A stretch of DNA of 62,560 nucleotides, filler included, from Choristocarpus tenellus KU-1152 (taxonomy: Eukaryota > Protista > Phaeophyceae): NCBI GenBank assembly GCA_964200185.2. It is 8 parts of 8 records of this genome, joined end to end, with 100 filler letters (N's around TTAATTAATTAA, not from the genome) between each part and the next. Parts side by side here need not be neighbours in the genome. Positions count along the whole stretch, not along the records: positions 26,127 to 30,757 come from CAXNAD020013714.1; positions 30,858 to 37,714 come from CAXNAD020007206.1; positions 37,815 to 40,816 come from CAXNAD020023015.1; 5 more parts are not named here. One strand, given 5' to 3'. The translations under genes and the position numbers were made by a program. This document shows, one piece after another, positions 26,171 through 37,847 of this stretch (its first letter is position 1; each line of letters starts with the position of its first letter). The notes under the pieces are model-generated. The model ran no database searches and was not told the DNA's origin. It saw only the letters and a list, made by a program, of their open reading frames with translations.

Positions 26171-27301
26171 TTGGTTCATAATATTTGGCCCAAAATCGGG
26201 GTAGGTACTCTGGAAGTATACGACGGAATGGAGGAGAATTTATGGATTCAGGAACAAAAGAATTTATCTGAGGGCCTCCAAGAATTCGCCCAAGATAAAC
26301 CTACAAAAATCGGGAGGGTTCTTAAATTTAACCAGAACCATAATCACCATGGAAGAAGAATCGAGAGCCAGCGCTGCACGAGCCAACCAAAAGCAGAGGC
26401 CGACATTGAGGGACTGGCACAACATATTGGGACACATCAACCCTTCAGCAATAAAGCATCTCGAGAACGTGGACGTTTAGAGATCACCGACGCTACTGTG
26501 GGGTCAGAACTGCAATGCGGGACCTGCAAGGAATGCAAGTCCGAGGCCCTAAGCTATCAACGGGGTGGCAGGACCCCCAAGCAGCTTGGCGAGGTTGTCC
26601 ACACAGATTTGGCGGGACCTTTTAATGCGGACATCACTGGCCACCAATATTTTCAGGTGTTTGTCGATGAGAGCAGCAGAGACAAGAGGGTTTATGGATT
26701 AAAAACGAAAAACGCAGCGACGGACGCAACCGCTGCTTATATCGACCAGATGGCCAGGGAAGTTATACCAGTCAAATTCATCAGTGGGGATGGTGCTGGC
26801 GAGCTTGGGAGATCAGTGAAGTTCCAAAGGATGCTGGCGAACAACGGTACCCGATGGAGGAAATCTCCACCGAGAATGCCACAGAGCAACGGAATCGCCG
26901 AAAGGGCAATAAAGCAACTCATGGGGGCAGCAAGGAGTCAACTGGCAAAGGCTGGGCTGGGTGACGGGTATTTGTTCTTTGCCATCACAGACGTCGCCTT
27001 CAAGACTGGAGGCATGCCACACGAATACCTGGGAGGAGAGATGCCATGCGAGCGTTTAACAGGTAAATCTTTCAACTACGATAGGCTTTGGGCCTGGGGG
27101 AGCGAGTGCTATGTTCACCAGGACAAGCAGCAGAGAGAGGCCAGTTCAAAGTTTCACCCACACACCAAGCGAAGTGTAATAATGGGACATGATCGTACAT
27201 CACTATGCTGGCACATCTGGCTTCCTCAAGAGGCCAAGTTGGTAACCTCAGCCCACGTGACGTTCAAGCCAGGCAAACATATCATGGACTTCGTGGGGTA
27301 G
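26171..27301 (+). pseudogene. Copia integrase ORF remnant
   Basis: ORF carries the CxxC of the zinc finger and the DDE integrase core (HTD, GD, E in GIAER). The N-terminal ~70 codons are unrelated sequence read through in frame. Confidence 0.85.
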
Positions 27302-27554
27302 AGAGAAGACCATGACTTCAACGGATGATGAAGAAATTTCTGATACTGAAGACGACTCTGATCGCTATTTCGATATTGCAGTCGATCCGATACCCCAAGC
27401 AACAGCCATTGGAAAGAACTGGACAAGTTCACCTAGTGGACAACGGAGGTCAGCCAGGATAGCTGAACAGACCAGGGCGGACTACAGGGGTTTACACTCT
27501 GGAGATACAGAAGAACCGGGAGAGAATATAGTGAATCTGCTCAGATCAAGACCG

Positions 27555-27809
27555 GAGCCAAAGTATCTTAGAGGGTAGAGCCACGTCCATTTGGAGACCA
27601 AAATTCTATGTTGCGATTTTGATGTAGTTATCGTGTTTTTGTTAGAAAGTGTCAATATCTATGTTTCGGACACATCTTTTCATAACATACACATTTCACC
27701 TACTCCTAAACATTTTGCAGGAGGAAAATGTCACTGAAAAAATCATGGGAAGCCAAGCCCCAAATAGACAAACAGGGCAAAACTCGTACCCTCTAAGATA
27801 CTTTCACTC
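27555..27809. mobile_element. MITE family A copy (opposite orientation) nested in the copia element
   Basis: gagccaaagtatcttagagggtagag ... ctcgtaccctctaagatactttcactc. Flanks accg/acgg. Sits between integrase and RT. Confidence 0.9.
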
Positions 27810-27925
27810 ACGGATGATGCATACTGTTTGATGGGCATGGAGGTGACATCTCATTAGGCTACCAGGAGCCATCAACCATTGCAGAAGCCCTCGCAGGGCC
27901 TGATGCAGAACACTGGAAGAAGGCA

Positions 27926-29371
27926 ATGGAACAAGAAATGGAGGGCCAACAAACCAAAGGAACCTTCCATGAGGGAGAAAGTCTGCCACCAGGGAGGAGA
28001 TCCGTCAAAACCAGATATATATTCAAAATCAAAAGGGCGGCACATGGAGACATCGAAAGATGTAAGACCAGGCTGGTGGCACGGGGTTTTTCCCAACAAG
28101 AAGGGGTGGACTACTTCTGCACATTTAGTCCAGTGGTGGGATTTGACGTGATTCGAGCAGTCCTGGCTACAGCAGCTAACAGAAACTGGATTATCAACTC
28201 CCTAGACTTCACTCAAGCCTCTACCTGAACGCACCACTCCCTGAAGGTGTATGGTTACAACTGCCCAATGGATCCATCGTAAAAGCTACCAGGGCTATGG
28301 CCTTAAGCAATCAGCAATGGAGTGGTACAAGGAGTTGAAGGGAACAATTATAGCTGAGGGGTGGAGTGTTAGCGATTTTGACGCCTGCTTATATGTGAAA
28401 AGGAGTGAAGATGGAAGGATTACTGTTCTTTTTCACTACGTGGATGACATCTCATTGACTGGAAACTTCCACGAAGAAATAAAGAGGATGAAGAGCAATC
28501 TGCTTACCAAGTACGAAGGACGGGACCTCGGGACCCCAGACAAGTTAGTTGGGGTAGCAATCAACAGGGATGAGGCTGGCATCACACTAGACCTACATTT
28601 CTATGCAGAGAGCATTGTTTACGAAGGAATGGGATCCATAGAAGTACGGAGTACCTCATTACCTCTAAACCCAGGAATGGACCTGACCGCAAGAAGAATT
28701 GATGAGGAGGAGCTGGACCAGAGGTACAAACCTTACCGCACCATCCTGGGGAAACTTATGTTCCTAGTCGGGATGACACGACCAGACCTATCCAACACTG
28801 TGCGGGAACTGGGAACATATGCATCTCCATGCGATCGACACTGGAAAGGACTACAACATGTTCTGCGATACCTGGCGGGCACCACAAAAGTAGGGATACA
28901 CTATCGTGCTGGTGGTGAAATGGACAATGGGGGCCTGGTCGGGTATGGAGACTCAGACTGGGGCAATGACACTGCATCAAGGCGGAGCGTGACAGGGTAT
29001 CTGATACTCATCAATGGAGCACCTGTTGCATGGAAATCCAAGATGCAGGGAGATGTAATTACATCTTCATCAAAGGCGGAATGAGGCATGCAATAATCCT
29101 CAGAGGCATCCTGGGGGAGCTGGACATTCTCAAAGGGGTCACGGTTTGGTATGGAGATAATCGAGGTGCAATCCAAGCAGCAGTAACTGAAGGCTTTAAC
29201 GGAAGAACAAGGCATGTCGGCATCAAGCTGAAATGCTCCAGGGAATATGTCAATAAAGGAATTTTTAGAGTGAAGTATATACCCACGACACTCGAACTTG
29301 CAGACATATTGACCAAAAGACTACGCAAGAAGCAGGTAGAAGACTTTGTAGACACTGTGTTGACCAGATGA
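27926..29371 (+). pseudogene. Copia reverse transcriptase / RNase H, frameshifted
   Basis: Three overlapping ORFs (27926-28228, 28251-29084, 29030-29371) carry successive RVT_2 and Ty1-type RNase H motifs. Confidence 0.9.
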
Positions 29372-30757
29372 ATGTCGTGTGTTAAACTTGAAGTAATCTA
29401 CGTTCTTATACTGCATTGACAAGATAAATATGATGTGTGTGAGAATTGAACCAATCTGACGTCTTTTTCTTTCATTTTCATGGGGGAGTGTGCAGAATGG
29501 GGAGTGTACACAATAAGATGTTTTAGGTTTGAGAGTTCCAGCAACTCTTTCATTGCCTGCACTCTCATGAGGGAGTGTGCAAAATAGGACAATAGTGAGG
29601 TGTACCTTATTTTGTGTATGAGAGATATTCATTTTGATTGAGTTCATGCGATGTAACTAATGAGAAAGTACATCAGAATTATGAATGGAATATGTATAGG
29701 TTTTTTGGGTTGAATTAAACTACTTTGATTTAATTGTTGACTTCTGTAGAAAGCACAAATAATAATAAACAAGCAAAGAGAAGACACCCCACAAAGGTCA
29801 CTCTTCTAATTTCAACCATCCATTCTTTTCACGTTCAGCGAAAGGGGTCGTGTGAGGCTTTGAAAATCACACCTTCTTATCTTCACTACTGACAAATAGC
29901 ATTACATCCCAAGGTAATTTGCACAGTTTTTGCGACCAGATTTCTTTGCGCCAATCGATTGCCTATGATCCCAGCTGTAATTTGATATACTGGTGAAGGT
30001 CAACTCGCCATATATCACCTCAAAATTTATCAAGATGAGCCGACCTCTTCAGCTTCGTTACTACAAACACGCTCTGTGCGAGGCTTTCGGAGCTTAATTT
30101 TCGCACACGGCTCAATACAACGTAGAGTGTCCACACAGAACTCGGCATAATGACTGCGGAAGCCCCTCTGTCGACATGCTGGATATCGGGGTGCGGTCTC
30201 TACGTCTGGGCTTCTATTTTCACAGAAGTTGAAGGCTGAGATTGGGCAGAGCGTACACGCTGATGATTGGCGTGTGTTGAAAGGGGGACTCGCGCTTGAT
30301 CAAGTGGACCAGTCAATCACTGCGGAACAAGAAATCAAAGAGGGGTCGCGACTACGACGGAGAGCATCGAGGAACATCCAGGAGTTGGTAGCGTGGTGAT
30401 TAATACGATCCCAGAGGACCAGCAGACGTCGTGAGCCCCCTGGAGATGACCCTAAATCCCGCCAGGAACGAGCTGCAGCACTTGGTCGCCACTATGTAGG
30501 TATCTCCAACAGGGCGAGTGTTCTCCTATCACAGTCCATAGTTTCGGGACTTTCAGGGTACTGGTCCCCGAACACCCCAATGAGAACCCGTATGAGTTTA
30601 GGTCAGCCATAATGGAAGCAAAGGAGAGGGTACAAAGGGATACAATGTCTGGGAACAACGGCACTGCTCTCCTGAGGGGGAGTACCCCCCCACCTCCCCG
30701 TAGACGGCCTTCATGAGGGCGAAATGCAGCTCCGGTCCAGGCCCCGATGGGATGCAC

Positions 30758-30857
30758 NNNNNNNNNNNNNNNNNNNNNNNNNNNNNNNNNNNNNNNNNNN
30801 NTTAATTAATTAANNNNNNNNNNNNNNNNNNNNNNNNNNNNNNNNNNNNNNNNNNNN
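30758..30857. other. Artificial contig linker
   Basis: Same spacer. Confidence 0.98.
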
Positions 30858-31051
30858 CCGCCTCCCCCCCCCAAAATACTTTGACCCCTAACCCTGTGAA
30901 TTTTGAATGTTACTATTGGGAGCATATACTTTGTATATTTTTTGTACAATATTGCTAACAATAGTGTATAGTTGTATGAATGATAAGTATAATAATAATA
31001 ATAATAATGATGATGATGAGAGAGATGGATGTTTTTTTTTGCCTTCTACAG

Positions 31052-34000
31052 TTCTTCTGAAGACTACTCAGACTGTGAGACCTACACAGACTTTAATGGG
31101 ACACAGTACGCCTTCTGGTATCCTAACAATGCAGAAACGCAGTACATCTATGAAACCTTCCCGGAGGTGAGACTGGCTCTATCCTTTGCCTTAAATATCT
31201 GGAATTTTTGGGAGGCGTATTTTTATGATGCAGGATGGACAGAAGCAGTTCTATTGCTTATAGTGTGGTGTTTGGTCAAATGAGGGTATATGTGTACCCT
31301 TGTGAGGGGGGGTAACTTTGTCACAACTGCAGGATGGTTCTGTAGCTGTGGAGGTGCTGGTTATTGTGGTCAGGTTTTTGTTTCAAGTTCTATGGCGTTG
31401 CTGATGTGCACCTTATGGGATGTGGACATGATTAGCGCTCTGAATCAATATCAATTTAAAGTAGCAAGCGGTTATAATTCAAACTCTGGTGTTCATTATC
31501 ATTTCTATTTTATGGATATAGGTATAGTAGTGTGTACTACTATTGTGTTAAAATAAAGAATATATTATTTTGTACACATACATGCACATCTCGACTGTTG
31601 TCTCCTGTTGTGGAAGTAACTCGATTACACTGATTAATTAAATTGCATTGATTGCATTGATTACATTGTAAGAAGGACAGGCAAGGGCAAGACAAGACCC
31701 CATCAGCATACACCGGTTGGTGATCAAACAGTTACTAGTGCTATATTGTGTTGAATTATACTTGACAATAATAATTAACAAAATAATAATTGACAATGAT
31801 AATTAAAAACGATAGTTGAAAAGGATAATTGACAATGATAATTGATAATAATAATTAACAATGATAATTAACAATAATAATTGACAATGATAATTGATAA
31901 TAATAATTAACAATGATAATTAACAATAATAATTGACAATGATAATTGACAATGATAATTAACAATAATAATTGACAATGATAATTGATAATAATAATTG
32001 ACAATGATAATTAACAGGTGGTCAGTCCGATAGAAGGTGTCAAGAATGAACACTTCATTGTCTGGATGAGGGTGGCAGGATCGTCCACGTTTAGGAAGCT
32101 CTATGGGAGGTAAGAGGGCTAGGTGATTGTTGTGGTCATCCGCACTAACTACGTTGGGTTATCCCTAGCCCTAACCCTAACTAAATACGTCATGGGCAGC
32201 AATAACTTCTGCTGATCATTGTAAGTTTTATTATGAGGATTTACAATGTATTGTGTTTTTCATATTTAACATATATGTATATATATATTTGTGTAACTGA
32301 CAGTGTATACTTGGTTTCATTATCATGTTTGTTTTTCGTGGTATTATTCTTCTTCTTATTACTATTATCAATATTTATTTTGTGTTGCAGCTTATGTCTG
32401 ATTCGGTAAGGTTAGTTTATATGATGAAATTTGTTTGGTTTGTTGGTGTGATCTTCTGTTAATACTAGTACTACTTTTGGTTTAAGTGATGCAAAATACG
32501 AAATTATTATTATTCTTGGTATGATGTTATATTGTTATTATTAGTGCTTTTTTTGTAACTAATAATGCATGTACTTGGTTTTACAATAGGCCATTATTAT
32601 TCGTTGTATGATCCTTTATTATTATTATTCTTTTTGTGATCCTTTATTATTATTCTTTGTATTGTCCGTTATTATTATTCTTTATTATTATTCGTGTATC
32701 TGAGAGAGTACATGCGTGATGTGATGCAATGTCATTTGCTTATCACTTGTACTTCCTCTTAAAGTATCTGAGGAGAATTGGAGAGAGCATGGAATATTTC
32801 ATTGTGACCAGCATTATGTACCTGAGTTCTAAGGTTCTAATTCATTGGTGCCAACATTATGTACCTGAGTTCTAAGGTTCTAATTCATTGGTGCCAACAT
32901 TATGTACCAGAGGTCTAAGGTTCTAATTCATTGGTGCCAACATTATGTACCAGAGGTCTAAGGTTCTAATTCATTGGTGCCAACATTATGTACCAGAGGT
33001 CTAAGGTTCTAATTCATTGGTAATTCATTGATGCCAACATTATGTACCTGAGTTCTAAGGTTCTAATTCATTGGTGCCAACATTATGTACCAGAGTTCTA
33101 AGGTTCTAATTCATTGGTACCAACATTATGTACCTGAGTTCTAAGGTGTCAATTCGTTAGTGTGCTCAGTTCATGTATCTTGTAGGTCTGTTTTAGGTGT
33201 AGCAAGCAGGTTCTATTCCATTTTTTGTGAGTTGGAGAAGTGATGAAGGATTTTGTGACAGTTTTATAATCTTGAAACACCTGTTCAGATCTGGAGGCAA
33301 AATTTTCATTGGGAGTACCTAAGAGAGGAAGTATACACATTGTATATGCCATATTAATGATAAAGAACGATGTTATTCTATGTTGTACTCTATACCATGT
33401 TTTACTCTGTATCATTATTGGTAATTTCTGTTGATAATTTGTTTGAATATCATTTCTGTTGATAACTTTTTAGAAGATATTGCTGTTCACGACCATCCCA
33501 CTTAAGTGTAAACTTGCCCCTTAACCTATACATGTTTATTTATTTTTATTTATTGAATTTTATGGTGCAATAGTATCCTCTGCAGTACACAGTCAATATA
33601 GTACTACCAAATATGAAATAAATAGAAATAAAATGAGGAAAATGCCCCTGCTTTGAAATATGAGTATCTTCACAATTAATTTTAATGCATCATCCTTTTT
33701 TTTATTAAAAAATACTTATCTTTTCAGTTATACGATGATGACAGTTCTTCCTCTCTCACCCCTGATGTTCCTATTATTAATGACTAAAATACTTGTTGAT
33801 ATCATCAATGTCTTTTGCAACTGAAAAAACACAGATACAGATACTGATACTGGTACTCATGCTCATACTGATACTGAAAAAACACTGATATTGATACTCC
33901 TTATTTATGTTTTATTTTTTCTTGAGAAGGATTGAAGAAGATATTGCAGCTGGAGATAGCATAACCTTCAGCATCACAGCAAACTTCCTTGTTGAGACAT

Positions 34001-34122
34001 TCTCTGGAAAGAAATCCCTTGTCATCTCCACTACTGACTCTATTGGAGGGAAGTCATCATACTTGGGTGTATCCTACCTGTCCATCGGTGGTACTATATT
34101 TTTTTTAATATTCTTGCTATCG
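31052..34122 (+). CDS. CDC50: CDC50/LEM3/ALIS family P4-ATPase (flippase) beta subunit, partial 3' region
   Basis: Exons 31052-31166, 32018-32109 and 33930-~34122. Product: YWYP-like FWYPNNAETQYIYETFPE|VVSPIEGVKNEHFIVWMRVAGSSTFRKLYG R|IEEDI...NFLVETFSGKKSLVISTTDSIGGKSSYLGVSYLSIG. NEHFIVWMR, FRKLYG, GKKSLV and GGKxxxLG are CDC50 signatures. The last donor could alternatively be at 34091. Confidence 0.93.
31762..32015. repeat. 12-bp AT-rich minisatellite (ATAATTGACAAT-type) abutting a CDC50 splice acceptor
   Basis: ~20 imperfect units. The last unit ends in ...taattaacag|GTG. Confidence 0.9.
32812..33145. repeat. 43-bp minisatellite x~7.5
   Basis: Unit cattatgtacctgagttctaaggttctaattcattggtgccaa. 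Confidence 0.93.
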
Positions 34123-34966
34123 GTGAGTCATCTATGAAATGCATATATATACATACATATATACATAATATATATACATACATACATATAAACACCTTTT
34201 GGTAACTATTACTAGTAGTATGTTTTTTTTTTCATTATCCACCCTGCTGGGAAGATAAGAATTTACTTCACAACAGTATATATATTATTCAGCTGATTTA
34301 AAAAAAATATATACCCTATCCTACTGGAGATATAAGAAGTTAACATTTGAAGTACTAGAAAGCAGTACTATTGTACCTACCAATTAACAACTTTTTGGTG
34401 TTTTGTTTATACTGTATCTACTGGAAATGTACTAAATACGATAAATTTGATAATATGATAAATATGATAATACAATAAATATGATAATATGATAAATACG
34501 ATAAATTTGCATGTAGTGTCGCAGTAATCTCGTTTTTTTTCTATTCCTACCCTAACCCTAAGAGATGAAAAATCCACATATTTTTTTGTCTAAATGATTC
34601 TGCTATTTTTTAATGAATAACTAATTCTTGAGAAAACTATACCCCACACTACCCCACACTACCCCACACTAAAGATAAGAAAATCACCGTATAGTTTTGA
34701 AGAGTGATTATAATATTTTTATTTTAGTTGATACAGCTTCCCCACTGCAGACGTCAGGCTTCATTTTCCAGTTAGGTACAGGTTAGGTATAACAATTACA
34801 GCTGAAAGATGTCTTCATTGTTATATACCCAAATGTGTAGTGCCAGGGGTAAGATTTTCAGATCAATTAAAAATGGTGTTCTGCAAGTGTAGGGGATCAG
34901 ATTGTGGGATGGTCAGGCTTGTTGGATTCTTTTTGAAATGATATGACTGATGGAAGGTTTTAATTC

Positions 34967-35508
34967 CTGCAATCCTTAACCCTAGCCTTAATCCTTGTAT
35001 TGTATGATTACTGCAATCCTCAGCCCTAGCCCTAATCCTTGTATTGTGTGATTACTGCAATCCTCAGCCCTAGCCCTAGTCCTTGTATTGTATGATTACT
35101 GCAATCCTCAGCCCTAGCCCTAATCCTTGTATTGTGTGATTACTGCAATCCTCAGCCCTAGCCCTGATCCTTGTATTGTATGATTACTGCAATCCTCAGC
35201 CCTAGCCCTAATCCTTGTATTGTGTGATTACTGCAATCCTCAGCCCTAGCCCTAATCCTTGTATTGTGTGATTACTGCAATCCTCAGTCCTAGCCCTAAT
35301 CCTTGTATTGTATGATTACTGCAATCCTCAGCCCTAGCCCTAATCCTTGTATTGTGTAATTACTGCAATCCTCAGCCCTAACCCTAACCCTAGCCCTAAT
35401 CCTTGTATTGTATGATTACTGCAATCCTCAGCCCTAGCCCTAATCCTTGTATTGTGTGATTACTGCAATCCTCAGCCCTAACCCTAACCCTAGCCCTAAT
35501 CCTTGTAT
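34967..35508. repeat. 44-bp minisatellite x~12 containing telomere-like CCCTAG/CCCTAA hexamers
   Basis: Unit ctgcaatcctcagccctagccctaatccttgtattgtatgatta. Two late units carry an extra ccctaaccctaa. Confidence 0.93.
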
Positions 35509-36914
35509 TTTATTTTGTGATTACTGTTGAGAGAAGAAGATAAAAAAGAAGAAAAATGACTTTGAAAGGTGTCTATTTGATTTAACTCTTTGGAAGGAAA
35601 GGTGGAGGGATGTTTATGTTATTTATTTATTTTTTCTATCTATCCCGTTAGTGTCACGTTACTTTTTATCACATAATAATACAGAGTTAGGGTTACAGGC
35701 AATCAATACTTTTTTTTGTTATCTCTCTCTCCCTCTCTATCTCTATCTCTATGTATAGTGATGTTTGTGGGTTTTTTCTTGTCTCTACAATATTTCGTTA
35801 GTTTTCAGCATATACACAAATCGGAAGGTTATGTTGTGGCTGTTATTTTATTAACTTTGAAAAAGAAAAAGAAAAAGAAATGTTGAACTTGCGTCTTGAA
35901 TTTTTGATGTTTTTGTTATTTTATTAAAAGCTAGAAATAATTATCATATTTACATTTCTTGTGTTTTCTTGATATCTCCTACGCCTCCTGAGATATGAGA
36001 AATCCACTGCCCTGTAACTATTCAAATATTGTAGTTATATTTTTGTTTCTTGTTAAGTAATTCAACCAGTTATTTTATTCCTATTTTGTTTCCTTTTTTT
36101 TTACTGACACCCTATCCCTACAATCCCCACAACCAATGGGACTAGAGGAGTAACAAAACCATACACATTTTTTTTTTCTGTTTCAACACCATGGTTGCTG
36201 TACACTTTTTTATTTTGTTATTATTATTTGTAATGTGATTTATTTATTTGTAATTATTATTATTTGTAATGTGATTTTTTTTTTTGTTGTTGCTCCTGCA
36301 GACTACAACCATTGCTCACATAAGGGTATCGTATAGTCGTATAGTCATTGCGTGTATTTTTTTTTTGTAACATTTTTTTCAACTCTTATTTAGTGCGTAC
36401 CTGGCAGTGCTTGGTTTGAAGAACTTCTTACATGTTTTTTAAGGACCTTTCTTTTTTCTTATGTAAGAGAGACGGTACGAATTTACCTTCCCAATACACT
36501 TTCCACGTGGTGCGTGGAAGTAGAATTTTCCTGGAAAGTAACTGTCGACTCTGCAACCAGTGTTTGGGTTTCAAGATTGAGGTGGTCTGTTGGAAGGCAA
36601 TGGGTGGTGTGTGTTTGATGGATACTGACTCGACACGGAGGACTAAGATGCACCCCTGTTTGATGTACCTGTGTTTGCTGGGATGAAAGCTTATAACTCA
36701 TGATGTAGCGTATATTGGTCGGTTATGCAAATTGTGTCGTGTTTTGTGATGGGTATATTGTTATTAGTATTTTTGTTATTATTGTTGTTCTTGTTGAAGA
36801 AGTGTGGGGTCATTGTGTTGTGGTAGACTTTTTTTACTTGTTTGTACTTTAGCTCATGACTGTAACATTTTCTTGTTGAGATGTGGTTATTTCGAAATGC
36901 ACTGTACATTTTCG

Positions 36915-36942
36915 GTTTAGGGTTAGGGTTAGGGTTAGGGTT
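36915..36942. repeat. Interstitial telomere-type (TTAGGG)4
   Basis: gtttagggttagggttagggttagggtt. Confidence 0.85.
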
Positions 36943-37146
36943 GTGGATGAGGTTTAGGTTTTAGTGGATGTGGTTGAGTAGTCTACTGTTCACACCACCT
37001 TAAAATCGTGTTTGTTTTTTTTGTCCTTGTGATTGAGAGTTTGATGTAACTGTCAAAATTCAGTTTTGCTGATCTGTAGACAAAGTGTGGTCCTCACCAT
37101 GTCATTTGATGCACAGTTTCCATCAGGGTGAAAGGTGTTTAACTGT

Positions 37147-37282
37147 GTTAGTGTGAAGTTGGAGGATGAATATGTCGTTAGTGTGAAGTTGGAGGATGAA
37201 TATGTCGTTAGTGTGAAGTTGGAGGATGAATATGTCGTTAGTGTGAAGTTGGAGGATGAATATATCGTTAGTGTGAAGTTGG
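37147..37282. repeat. 30-bp minisatellite x4.5
   Basis: Unit gttagtgtgaagttggaggatgaatatgtc. Confidence 0.93.
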
Positions 37283-37714
37283 CTGGTTACCGAATATTTA
37301 ACAGGCATTGTCTCTCCCACTCTACTTTTGTCTTGTCATGTATAAGCATTCACTATTGTAATCATAGTTTGATATGAATACTTTTTTGTTTATTCTTTTA
37401 AGTACAGAATGTGAAGTAAGATCTTTGTCTGGACATGACTATTCCATCTTCACATTACCTTTTGTTATTTTTTTGTGTCATACCCATTACTCTTGACATT
37501 ACTCTTGACATCACTATTGATATTACTATTGATATTGCTATTGATATTTTTCTCACCTGACCCATGCGGACAGAATCACATATTTGTTTTGTGTTGTTGA
37601 TATTCCTCCGATATTTTTCTGTTGGTTGTGCCACTCAAATAGATGACTCCCCCCCTCCCCCCCCCCCCCCTCCCCCCCTTGTTTTCCCTTCTCCTTTTTT
37701 TGTTTTTTGTTGTT

Positions 37715-37814
37715 NNNNNNNNNNNNNNNNNNNNNNNNNNNNNNNNNNNNNNNNNNNNTTAATTAATTAANNNNNNNNNNNNNNNNNNNNNNNNNNNNNN
37801 NNNNNNNNNNNNNN
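37715..37814. other. Artificial contig linker
   Basis: Same spacer. Confidence 0.98.
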
Positions 37815-37847
37815 CCTTCCCTACAACAAACGATACTGTTTTGTCAG

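Larger units (their letters stand above)
26390..29817 (+). mobile_element. Decayed Ty1/copia LTR retrotransposon (integrase-RT-RNase H, PPT and probable 3' LTR); 5' part missing
   Basis: Domains in copia order. GAG-pre-integrase WHNILGH (frameshifted) plus CxxC; integrase VHTDLAGP / FVDESSR / GDGAGE / PQSNGIAER; RT KTRLVARGFSQQEGVDY, YGLKQS, YVDD; RNase H GYGDSDW, RRSVTGY, GDNRGA, LADILTK. Several frameshifts and stops. Polypurine tract GAGGGAG-TG-TG at ~29569-29579. The LTR end (~29817) is a guess. Confidence 0.93.

Noticed and set aside
30035-30757. Coding-like GC-richer stretch after the copia LTR (KLKAEIGQSVHADDWRVLKGG...)
   Set aside because: Short, interrupted by stops and with no recognisable motif; a gene or element call cannot be supported.
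32812-35508. 43-bp and 44-bp repeat arrays as CRISPR arrays
   Set aside because: Units are head-to-tail with no unique spacers, there are no cas genes, and the context is eukaryotic.
36915-36942. True chromosome end
   Set aside because: Only four units, with ordinary sequence on both sides.
37135-37377. ORF with VSVKLEDEYV repeats as a repeat protein
   Set aside because: It is a by-product of a 30-bp minisatellite that is open on both strands; no supporting gene structure.
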